From: Phallusia mammillata
Lineage: Eukaryota
Assembly (NCBI GenBank): GCA_965637545.1
Contig: OZ281499.1
Coordinates: 10,292,001 to 10,356,000, forward strand
DNA: 64,000 nt
Direction of reading: 5' to 3'
Positions 1 through 11,120 of this stretch are shown here, in pieces. The notes beneath the pieces are model-generated. The model had not been told where the DNA came from. It saw only the letters and a list, made by a program, of their open reading frames with translations, and made no database searches. Each line of letters begins with the position of its first letter. Positions within the stretch are counted from its first letter, which is position 1. The position numbers and the translations under genes are program-made.

Positions 1-232
1 GAAATCTGCGACAAACTGTATTTTATCCCAATGTCGAGTCCTAACGGTGTAGGACGTGAACTGAGAGGGGGGGTGTAATGTGCGCGTACACACATTGTTA
101 TTTTCATTGTTTTCTTGCACAACATTTCTTTGTCTTATCTATGCACTGTTAATAGTTAATTTTGTTGAATTATTTACACAGTTCTGTTTCCTATGATTTT
201 TTTACACTATTTGTTTATATGTAAGTTGTTTA

Positions 233-470
233 TACACTGTAAACCAATTTGGGTAAAAATAACCCAAAAACGTTGGGTATCTTGGTGGGGAAACCCAAAT
301 TGTTTTTGGGTAGTTTAAACCCAAAATTGATTGGGTAAAATACAGTTTTACCCTATTGAATTACCCAACAATGTTTGGGTATAATTCGAATTTACCTAAT
401 TATCTGTGGTTATTATTTTGGGTTTTTACACATTTTGCCCAAAATTGATCGAACGTTTTTTTACACAAAA
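233..470. repeat. Foldback/MITE-like element made of alternating TTGGGT/ACCCAA modules
   Basis: Dense alternating tttgggt(a) and (t)acccaa motifs. Starts TACACTGTAAA and ends near TTTTTTACAC. A related module cluster lies at about 1770-1960. Confidence 0.5.
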
Positions 471-910
471 ATCATACGGATTTCATGTTTTATTGTTAGA
501 AGAAACACACTTTTTTCCCAAACATGCTACAGAAGAAAAACATAACGAAAAAACTAATTACACCAACAACACAATTATTCATACATTGACAAGTCTAGAA
601 TATCAAAATGATACTTGCAAAAATTGTAAAACTTTATCAACATGCAGATTGCAGACAGTATTCATAGTAAAGTACACAGTACAATGACAATAAGGCTGTG
701 ATGCCTTTGATGATACCATTCACTCTCAGTAGCCTACAGGGTTTTGCTCAGAAAACAAGGTTATTTTTTAAGCGAAAGAAATATCTCCATGTGCAACCAA
801 GATGGGTAGCTGACGATCCCCCAATGTTTCTCTCGAACCTTGTTGTGTTTGCCTGAATATTTAAATATTACCAGCAAACAAACAATAGCAACATAGTAAA
901 TTACCAAATC

Positions 911-1123
911 TAGACAAATACATAGGAACACTATACACGGACTTGAAAAGTAGTTTAATCACAAACATTACTGCCAAGGTACTGGTGTATATAGAATACA
1001 TCGTTCAGACGTTTCGACAATCTCTGGCACTGATCATGACAACAGAGATTGTCGAAACGTCTGAACGATGTATTCTATATACACCACTACCTTGGCAGTA
1101 ATGTTTGTGATTAGACAAATACA
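911..1123. mobile_element. Penelope-like element (PLE) remnant: inverted repeat containing a degenerate minimal hammerhead ribozyme
   Basis: 71-bp inverted arms at 956-1026 and 1043-1113 with one mismatch. The + strand 1028-1063 reads CA-CTGATCA-T-GACAA-cagaga-TTGTC-GAA-ACGT-C-TG, the type I minimal HHR layout with palindromic ACGT stem III. A 12-bp direct repeat TAGACAAATACA lies at 911-922 and 1112-1123. Confidence 0.7.
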
Positions 1124-1769
1124 AACCATAATATGCTATCCCATACGCAAGATTTAACAAAACATAGGGCTATTAAAAAATCTCTTTTCAACCATAAACG
1201 TCATTAATAATTAATATGAAACTTACTTCCAAGTATCAATCTCTTTCTGTGGGACGTCCAAGTCACCAAGAACAGTTTCGACAAAATCGGTCAAACCTTT
1301 AATTCCTCCATCAACTTTCGCACTACTTTCTACTTTCAACAGCAGTACAGCACCAATCTCTCTAGTCTCTATAGGGCTAGTTTAGGCACTTTCACGCAGG
1401 AACGGGCAAAACAGCAAAGCCCAAGGGACTAAGGGAGTTAAGATTCCCGCACTTTTTGTTTGGCAGTTGAGCGCAGGCGGTCAGCCAAGCATGACGCAAT
1501 TTTAAGCCCAGTTGGCAGGCGATTTAGCGTGGGATTTTTTTGTTTGTTTTTATTATTTTTATATTCGATCTTTCGAAAAATTTTCGATTGGTATCATTTT
1601 CCATTAACCGGTCGTAATTTAGATTAAACCAAGTTGAAAGTGTTTGCAAGTTTTAAACACGTAAGTGCTTGGAAAAACAGTTCAATTTGAAAAAAACACA
1701 AACATTAAAAGAAAAGAGTTAGTTCAGTTAAAAAAACCCTCAATATTGTGCCTACAGTACCAACACCAA

Positions 1770-1960
1770 CATTTTCCCCAATCAACCCAATTTTTTGGGG
1801 TAGAGTATCCATGCCATTTTACCCAAACGATTTTGGGTAAAGAATTTTTTACCCAATAAAGTAGGGTAAATACGTTTGGGTAACTTAAATTTGGGTATAA
1901 ACCATTGGGCAACAAACACAGTTTACCCAAAATATTTGGGTATATTGCTGCTGTACCCAA
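1770..1960. repeat. Second TTGGGT/ACCCAA module cluster (same family as 233-470)
   Basis: Repeated ttttgggtaa / ttacccaa motifs; no clear termini. Confidence 0.45.
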
Positions 1961-2364
1961 AGTTCTCTCGCTCGAGTTCTCAGGGGACAGGGTGCCATGG
2001 CCCCCCCCTCAAGAAATTTTGACCGGCTGTTTCGTCACACATCTCAATAAACAATGAATGCCAATCCAGGCCACTTGGCGTCCAACTGCGCGTATGACGT
2101 TACAATGGATTTTATAATAACTTTGTTACGTCACACTCATACAAGTGAAGATAATTCACAATATGATTAAGAGGCAACCACTGTTAGAAACAACTGTGTC
2201 GAGTGTTGAAAAGTGTTACATGTATACGATCGAATCGTGACTATAACGTTCGTTACTTGCAGCAAGAGTAAGGGCTTCACAGGGCCTTAGGCTAACCAGC
2301 ATTTAGTTGATATTGCGAGTTTAGTAGGCACAACAGGTGCTAACAGAGAGGTCTACACAGTCTA

Positions 2365-2422
2365 CCGCAAGGTGGCGGACTTGCCGCCGCAAGGTGGCGC
2401 ACTTGTCACCACAAGGTGGCGC
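2365..2422 (+). repeat. 3 x 22-bp tandem repeat, each unit containing CC(G/A)CAAGGTGGCG
   Basis: Units start at 2365, 2387 and 2409. Confidence 0.85.
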
Positions 2423-3696
2423 AATATATTTTATGCTGTTTAAAGTTTAGCCATACGGATATATTCGAGTATTATAAAATTTGAACCTTTAGTACTTTTT
2501 TGCGTTGTGTTTCCTTTTAGCAAGCGCTCTGACAAACTTATTCTCCAGAACGGAGTTTGTAACATGGTTTCAACACCTTGAAGCTTCAAGAAAATTTAAA
2601 TTTATTTTTAAACTGTGATTGATAGTATGTGTCGACTTTGTGGATTTGTATGCAAGGGTTCTTGCTGTTCAATAAAGTGACAAAAGCACAGCGGTTATGT
2701 TCTCTTCTAAGAACTCATAGCTACCGTTTTTAAACAACAGACAGTAGGGTATTTCATTTTGAACTTAATTTTTGGGTAAAAAAGTATAGGGTATGTAAAC
2801 AAAGTCTCCATATGGTGCAAGGAGAAACCTTCATTTGTCACCAATGGCGCAACAAAAACATCTTGTTCATGTGTCCTGTGTTTTCATAGATGTGGTCTCG
2901 TTGTGAAGGTGCAAGTATTAAAACGACCGTGGTGCTGTATGTACACCCACCTTATTTAAGCAATAGTTATTTAAATATTTGTATTCGGTTATGTCTTGTC
3001 ACCACCCAACAGAACCGCTTGGTTCAGTTTCTTCTCTTTAACTTGTTTACTATAGTGTGTTTGTGAAGGGCTTCTGGAAATTGTTACGCTTTAAGTGCGG
3101 CCTGGTTATTAATAAGCGCCACTTTGATGGAAGTGTGTGATATTTGATCAGACAGTTTGTAGCGCTGTTTCCAGTTAATTAAATAGCATTTTGAGAAATA
3201 ACGCACAGCGACACATTGGCACTACACAAGCACCAAGGCGGAAATAGCTGCGTGACGTTAAAAGACTATGGAGCGCAACACAGCGAGGGTCACAACTGTA
3301 AGATCACTGATAAACGTACTACAGCTGTGGTGCACAATCAATAAATATGTAACGAAAGCTCTAATGAGAGTGAGTAATGGTCAAATACTAAATGCTTAAT
3401 GAAGCCTTAATTCTTAACCCCTAATTTGACAAACAGTTTGCAGGCACAAGGTGCCATTGCGGATGATTTTGCGTCAACGCATGTATCAACAAAAGTGTTC
3501 AAAACTTTAAGTACAACCTAACGTCTTAGGTCCACAATGCGTGTATACCAGTGGTTCTTAACCTTTTTTCTGTTGTTACCCACAAAATGTTTTGATGGAT
3601 ATCAATCACCCCTTTTAGAAAAACATCACCTAATATAGCTTACTGGACTATACCGTCAATTGTATACGAAACAGATATTTACGAGAGACTCTAGTT

Positions 3697-4447
3697 CAGT
3701 GGTTCTTAACCTTTTTGGTGTGGTTTCCCACTAAAGTCAATCATCAAGTTCAAATTTCCCCCCTGTTATTTTTATGCTGATATTTTGTGTCCTACATTAA
3801 CAATTAAGATGAACATAAATTCATAACTGGGATCAGCCCTGAAGCTTCGGTATAGCGCCTTCAATGGGCCTGGCGTACTGTGATCTACATTAACAAAACA
3901 GTATTCTTCGATTGAAATAATTTTGAAGCAATTTGGTCGGGACGTTACAGGTACACTGCAATCTAATTAAGTTTGAATTGTGCTTTCGTGAGGAAGTAAA
4001 TTTGTGTGAAATATTGGAGAGTCTCATGTGCTTGCATTAGTCATTTACTCCATCACAATCAACAGAGGAAAGGCATTCATTCGTGAACAACAACACAGTC
4101 ATTGATACTTTTAGTAATGTCTGTGACGTAACAATCAAATTTCTGATTTTCTGCGTCTTGTAGAACTAGGTGATATTAATCTTACATGTTGTTGTGGAAA
4201 AAAATTGGATTAAATTAACTTTTAATGGTTAATTCAAGGCCGGATTCGACCCGCTGGCCCGAGTTTGGTGACCCCCGACTCACATAATTTCCCTCTGAAA
4301 ACATTAAATTTCCCACTGGTGGGAAATTTCCCAGCGGTTAAGAACCAGTAGAGTACACATGGAACAACAAACCCAACTTCAAATTACCCACTTGAAATCC
4401 TCAAATTCCCCACTAGTGGGTAATTACCCACCGGTTAAGAACCACTG
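3697..4447. mobile_element. hAT-type MITE (inner, same TIR) nested in 3549-4770
   Basis: Same 15-bp TIR. Perfect 8-bp TSD CTCTAGTT at 3689-3696 and 4448-4455. An extra internal terminus-like GGTTAAGAACCAGT lies near 4336. Confidence 0.9.
3804..3884. mobile_element. Short SINE-related composite insertion with 12-bp TSD
   Basis: TSD CTACATTAACAA at 3792-3803 and 3885-3896. The sequence matches segments at about 21900, 33650-33780 and 61729-62446. Confidence 0.7.
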
Positions 4448-5836
4448 CTCTAGTTCTAGTTTTATGACATCACAAATAGCATGGGTATGAGTGAAACATA
4501 TTGAGACTTTTAGAGTAAAAGCACATGACAACGTTTGCCATCGAAGTTCTTTTTTGTTTTGAAAATGTGGCAGGACGCCGAGAAATCTATTAAGATTGAC
4601 ATTTTATTGAATTATTTTGAATAAATTTTACCCTCATTACAAAATGTTTGCTGGTTACAATAATGATTATCAAGAATCTAAAGATTACTATAACAGAAAA
4701 TCTATGTTACCCCTTTTAAAATGCCAAATTACCCCTTTGGGGATAATTACCCACAGGTTAAGAACCACTGGTGTATACACACGCATACGGCACGATAGTG
4801 CCTACAGAAAGATACGTAAAATCATTCCCTGTCATATGTACATTTTTGTCATGTCTACAAACGTACTTAGCTGCGGTGTAACCAAACCGATTTTTGTCAT
4901 TCTTCTGGATCAAACTGAACCACTACTGAAGTATGTGGTTTTCCGCGAGCCAAAACATGGGTCAGTTAGCGTTAGATCGCCTACGAAAACCAAAGTTGTT
5001 TTAAGGTCCATTGTGTTGGCGCGCCTAAGCCGAATAAATCTTATCGTTAAAAATACCCTAGCTCATTTTTTTCCAAACTGAACTAACGACATAACGCGTT
5101 ACGGTTTGTTTCGGGTGCATGATGCTTAAGTGTTAACGCAACGCGCCGGCTTAGCGCCTCTAAACTAATCTGGCTTCGTGTTACGAGTGCATTGTATGTT
5201 GTTATAAAACACAGCAGATTAGGACGTTCTATTCGCTGTGTGGATGGATATGTTGCTAACAGTGTAAAACACAACAATTTCTGGTAGCTGTGTGCAATAA
5301 ATTGTTTATTGTTGACATGAATTGTATGATGTTGGTTCACTGACGCAGTCGTTGCAAATCAATACATGTATATATACTGGCATAGCTTAGACGAAGGTAT
5401 GATGCAACACGAAAAACTAACGGCGTTTAAAACAAGCTAGCAATTTTACCTGCAATTTTGTAGTAAACGTCAGTACATCTTTTACTTTCTGGTACAGGTC
5501 AACAATTAACAGATATGTCCATGTAAATGGCAAAGTAGTATATAGCAATGCTAAATTGGATCTTTACACACGAAAACTGAATTGCGTTAAAGTAACTGAT
5601 GCGCCATGTAGAGTTTGTTTAGCAGTATTGAGTGAAGGTGATTTTTTTTCAACATAAAACGATGTGTGAAGGTAAGATATAGCGCCCTCGAAGTATAAAA
5701 TAATCCTGCACAAATGTATGACTTTATGTTTACTTAGAGCAGCTCATTTTTGTTTGTGTTTTTAAGAACAGCCTTTAGGTTGTAAGCAGATATTACAAAA
5801 ACATTTATCTATTGATAACCATTTGTCTGGTCAAAA

Positions 5837-8800
5837 ATGAAGCCGAACACACTGCTGTGGTGGATACATCGCAAGAATGCAAGATACTTGATAAAAATAT
5901 TCGGACTTTTCAACATATTACTGCTGTTTGCTGCTTGGAGATTTTTGTACAGAGGTGTTGATCAAGATAACGTATTGTATTGTTTTTCAACCTTTTTTGC
6001 TTTTCGAATGATAAACGGCCTAAAAAGTTTTTTTTAAACAACCCTGGGTATACGGCACATGGAATCAATCTTAGAATCAACAACTTTTAAACGTATGGAG
6101 TTCACACGTTCACAATTAATTACTTGAAACTTGGAAAAGCTACTAACACCAGAACTCACAGGCGCGGCTTAAGTCAGCAAACTGCTGAGTCAGCAATTAT
6201 TGCCATAGCAAAAAGCTTATGCTCCGTTGTGTCACCTTTTGAAAATGAGAAAGTAGCAGGCCTGACCTATGAGTTCTTTTAGCTCTACCTTGAAACTTAG
6301 TGTTGTTTCAGTTGAAGGAAACGTATCAAATTATAACGTCAACAAAGTTGAAAGAGCTGTAGCGAATGCTGAAGCCAGCAAGGAAACTACTGATAACTCT
6401 CAGAAATTTCGTGAAGACTCTGGTCAGGTGCTGTAATTTCTTTTACGATTTTGTTTAATATCAGGACCTAACATTACTGTTTAACTGCAACATACCTGTT
6501 TGTGTTAATTATTATTAAACAAATGTGTTTTTTCTGAGACATAACATGCACATGGTAATATTGGTGTTTCAATACGTATGAATGTTCGTGAACAAACAAA
6601 TGTGACGAGGCAGCAGTTTTTGTGTGGCTTTCAATCAGTGGTAGCTCTTGTAAAGGTATTGCAGATAACTGCAGCACCCCCTATTTGAATTTTACATGGA
6701 CATAATATTTAAATTACAAATACAGTTTATCTATTTTGAATCGCATAATGTATAAACTCTATTTTAATACTTCAATTGCCATCTACTAGTTTAAACGGGG
6801 TACTGCGCCCAAAAAAAAACGCAAGTTGAGTTGGACAATCAAGATTATGAAAGAAACAAAGAAAGAGCATGCGGAAAAAAAGGAATGGCACTGTCGATGC
6901 CGCAGTGCCAAGTTAAACACATAACGCGCGCATTTTACAGAAGATCTTGATTTAAATGAATCAAGTCTGAACTGTATTAAAACGGTTATAGTGAGCAAAA
7001 ATTTGTTTAACTTCATTGTTTTCGGATCAGGTGCTGAAATAGCATCCCTGCTGATTTGAGCCACGAGCAGCCACTGTTCACATTTCTACTACAATTTAAA
7101 CTTTCACCAAAACAGTTTAGTTGAATTGTAGTTGTATGAAAGATATGGTCGATTTCATGGATCGACCATATCTTTTATGGGCTTGGTCTTTAGTTTTTAA
7201 ATATAAAATATTTTGAAAATCTTTTACGTTACATATTTACAAATCCAGATCAATCGAAGTCCATTGGAACAAAAACTGCAAATAAGGAAAAAGAAGCTTG
7301 AAGAGCTGCGACAATACAATAAGGAAAATATAAAGGTATGGATTTTAGTTTTTGTAAATAAAGTTGTTTTAAGAATCTTTTAGACGTGATTTTGGCCATG
7401 CAAGTTACATTCAATACTTGTGTACATCGAAATCTCATTAAAACCAGTTTTTTGGTTAGTTTATGACTACAATTTGGTTTTTAGTTCTAAACTTGTGCCT
7501 TCTATTAACACAGAACGAAAAGCATCGGCTGCCTAAAGTGATTGGTCTTGGGATTAAAAAGTGCGGATCAACTGGCGTAATCACGTTTTTAAGTCACCAT
7601 CCATTGGTTCGAATCCCACCAGGACATGAAACATTTTTTTTCGCTGACAAGTTTCACCAAGGCTTAGATGCTTACAAGTAAATTGTTGTTAATCATTTTT
7701 CTCAAAAACTATTTATTTTTTGGAAACCCCAGTTCTGATGTTATTGGGCACACAAAATCACTATTTAATCGTTATTAAGCGCATGGCCATAGTTATATCA
7801 CCTATAATGACTAAATAAGCATGGTTCGTTTTAACATTTTATTTAAATTGCTTGGGTTATGTGGTATTGATTGCATAAAGTCTGTAAATGCAGCTATGTC
7901 GCCATTTATAGTGTGGCAAAACATTTCATACTCTTTGAGTTAAAGTATTCATCAATGCACAATAACCATGTATCTCATGACGATTACGTTATCATTGTCA
8001 GAGGCATGCTTCCTCCTACCAATGAGCGTCAATTAGCAATGGAAAAGACACCAATCTATTTTGGATTTCCACCAGAAAATATGCCCCAATTAATAAAATC
8101 GTCCATTCCCGATGTGAAACTACTGGTAATCGTGTGCGATCCCACTGCAAGGGCATTTTCCGACTTTATCCATGAGGTTTGACTTGTCTCAGATTAACCT
8201 TTTGGTTTCTCATTTATGTTATGGGTCAAAGTAAGCGTTTTTTTGTGATATTGTTCCCAATATTGTTTCCCGACTGAAACAGGACATTTAATTTCGCCGC
8301 ACCTGCTTGTAGATGGGTAAAACCAACTACCTGGTTTTGGTAGGACTTAACAGCCTTCAAAAAATCCTCTAGAGAGCGCTAATGATATTTAAAGAAGATT
8401 TATAATTGCAATAATCGTCAAGGGGCAGGAACTTGGCGGTATGGTGCTGCTCAACTGAATCATATACCGACATAAAAAACGGGATTTCCTCGGGAGCTTT
8501 CTAAAGTCAAACCCCCCCAAGGTCGTTAAGGTGACTTGGCCAAAGAGCAACAATATACCCGTTTTCACAACCCTCTTCTGCATATGATTTAGCGCTTGCA
8601 GTCATTATCTTGGAATGTGAATTTAATGCGGTCTTGCGTACTATTGTATTTTTGCGTACTCAACAAAGCCGAATACTCATATGGTGGTATCACAACCCCT
8701 AAACCGATTTAACCCACCCTAACAAGCATCTGCATATAGCCCAGTTCAAAGGTATGTCGTGGGTATAGAAAATGGCTTGAAAGCAAAATTTTTCCACCTT

Positions 8801-9721
8801 GTGCTATGCCTCTTAAAAATGCAGCGGATACGGAATATGTTAATATTTTTGTGTGTAACATGTAAGACTGGCGTGGCGCGTTTGCGGTGTACAAATGCAA
8901 TATTATAGGACTGGGCAATCATTCATGCATTGATGCAGACAATTATATAGTATATTGCAAGTTTGTCACATGAACCTAACCACTAAAGTTACTACCAATA
9001 GAAAAAATATGAAATTGTTTTAATAATATTTCCACTTAGTTACACATTTACAATTTGTAAGCGCTTACTTGTTTAACAATTTATTTCAACTAACTTTAAG
9101 TATTAACTCCATACAATTAAAATTTTACAGCGAGTGAAGTACAAAATCGCCAACGAGAAGATGGTGGCAAAATACGAAACTTTCGAGCAGTATGTGGATG
9201 CTTTTCTGCCAACGCTCCAAGACAAGATAAAGAGTTGGATGACCTCTTCAACCCACATCTCTGACCTTCGAAAAAACTTTGTTGACTTACCGCGAGGTAA
9301 TGCAGCGATGACTCTTCTTACCAACGGAATCTACTCTGCTCATATCAAAAGCTGGCAGTCGTTGTTTAACGAATCAAGCTTGAAAATAATTGACGGTGAT
9401 AGATTCATCGAAGATCCTGGAACAGTAATTGAGGAACTTCAAGACTTTCTTGGTCTGCCAAAAGTTCTACTGAAGGAAGACTTTGTTCGACGACCCAGTG
9501 ACGGGCATTTCTGTTACCGACATTTCGCTGTCGAAGATCTGCAGATTAGCAATAAAGAAGTAGATGTAAAAGAACTGAAGTGCTTGGGAAAGCATAAGGG
9601 TCGCACCAGAAAAGGAAATTACACCGCTAGTGCTGAAACGATGGAAAGACTGAGAGCGTTTTTTCGCCCGTTCAATCAACAATTCTATGAAGATGTTGGA
9701 ATGAATTTTAACTGGAAGTGA
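5837..9721 (+). CDS. Heparan sulfate glucosamine 3-O-sulfotransferase-like Golgi sulfotransferase (about 387 aa, 5 exons)
   Basis: Exons 5837-5954, 6312-6427, 7514-7677, 8002-8176 and 9131-9721 join in frame through GT-AG introns. N-terminal type II TM segment (LIKIFGLFNILLLFAAW), 5'-PSB motif LPKVIGLGIKKCGST, MEKTPIYF, 3'-PB DPTARAFSDF and C-terminal CLGKHKGR, all as in the HS3ST family. Exons 1-2 are less certain because their donors are weak (GTGTTG, GTGCTG). Confidence 0.85.
6183..6195. promoter_or_regulatory. Perfect T-MARE (Maf recognition element) TGCTGAGTCAGCA in sulfotransferase intron 1
   Basis: Exact 13-bp consensus, with an extra GTCAGCA half-site just upstream. Function untested. 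Confidence 0.35.
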
Positions 9722-10360
9722 TGCTATTGAAATAGGTAGCTTAAAATGTTTCTTTTCTGTAACGAAAACAAATGATAAAAACTGTTGTTGTTTTTTCGGC
9801 TACAGTAACCACTTGTGATTGCACAATTCTTCAAAGGGACTTAATATAATCAAAGAGCTCTTTGCTACCTCGCAAAGTGTAGTCGTAAAGTTATTTATAT
9901 CTCAGTACAATAAGAAATGTCATTTTTGCCACACATCTCTCAAAAACACTTTTACTAGTGTCAGCATGCATTCTATCGTTTTATACTTTTTGCAACTGGT
10001 GAAGTCATTTTGTTCTGATTTTGTAACGCACATTTATGCATTTTTGTCGTTTTTGTATGAATTACCTTGTATTAGATTTTTCTTGCCTGGAAAAGTGTTG
10101 TATGGTAACATACTCACTGCAATTCCTCATTTTTGTGACTGATATTTCTGCAAAGTTACCCCAATCAATACTAAATAAGTATATGGAACTTTCGGTTGTC
10201 GTTTTTTTGCCTGGAAGACTTTGTAGAGTTATGGTGAATAACCTTTTATTTTGACTTCTCGGCTACAGATGATGCACAACCCACCGTTGCAATTTGTTTA
10301 ATTTTGACATTATTTGTGTAATGAGAATGGCATTATTTGTGTAATCAGAACGGCTTGGAT

Positions 10361-10515
10361 AAATTTGATTTTGAAACAAATTTCGTTTACAAATTTGATT
10401 TCAAAACAAAGTTTGTTACAAATTCTATTTCAAGCAAATTTCGTTTACAAATTTGATTTCAAGTTAATTTCATTTGCAAATTTGAATTCACAACAAAATT
10501 TGTTTACAAAATTGA
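10361..10515. repeat. Degenerate AT-rich minisatellite of about 30 bp (AAATTTGATTTCAAAACAAA...TTTAC)
   Basis: About 5 imperfect copies; the motif recurs at about 11130-11200 beyond the MITE. Confidence 0.6.
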
Positions 10516-10546
10516 TATGACATATGACAATTAGGGTCGTTTAGGG

Positions 10547-11120
10547 CAGGGGTGTCAAACTCGTGGGATTCGGGGCCACATTGCAGTTTGGAAATTATGC
10601 CGAGGGCCGCATGTGATTTTTAAACTAGTTTTATACACCTAAACAACCTTTTCGCTACTACTGCCGCATCGCAGATCCTTATTTAACCCACAGCCGCCGA
10701 TTACCTGCTAGTTGTTATTTAAAAATTGCAGATGTAAAGGAATTAGGTTTATATCACATATATACCAACTAGTGTCGCCCCAAAAGCCCAGATTAAATTC
10801 CAACTTGATGCACAGAGTGAGCTACTCCGTGTGAAGATCAGTTTTAATTGTTTATTACGTCTTAATCATTATTGTGACGCTTGTGGTTCCCGTTTTTTTT
10901 TCAGTACTGCAAAATCTGCTTAGAGGAGTTTTGAAAATCAAAATTTTTGGCAAAAGAGTTTTAATTGCGTCACTGCCGCCAATACATACATTTTAATGAA
11001 CATGTTCGCGTCCGCCCAAATATCTGACAAAATAATACAATTGTTGTTGAGTGTTCGTGGGCCGCAGTGGAGGGCTTTGTGGCCGCATGCGGCCCGCGGG
11101 TCGCGAGTTTGACAGCCCTG
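10547..11120. mobile_element. hAT (Charlie/Buster-like) MITE
   Basis: Ends CAGGGGTGTCAAACTCG and CGAGTTTGACAGCCCTG. Internal GGCCCGC motifs. Imperfect TSD GTTTAGGG/TTTCAGGG. Confidence 0.85.

Larger units (their letters stand above)
3549..4770. mobile_element. hAT-type MITE (outer), containing nested elements
   Basis: TIR CAGTGGTTCTTAACC ... GGTTAAGAACCACTG. Perfect 8-bp TSD GTGTATAC at 3541-3548 and 4771-4778. Confidence 0.9.

Noticed and set aside
4617-5081. 154-aa ORF
   Set aside because: Crosses a MITE terminus and its TSD, is rich in AT-biased codons and has no domain; treated as chance.
8700-8920. GIAQG and LYAD-like words on the minus strand resembling non-LTR reverse transcriptase motifs
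   Set aside because: The motifs are in different frames with atypical spacing and no other RT domains are recognisable. It needs a profile search.
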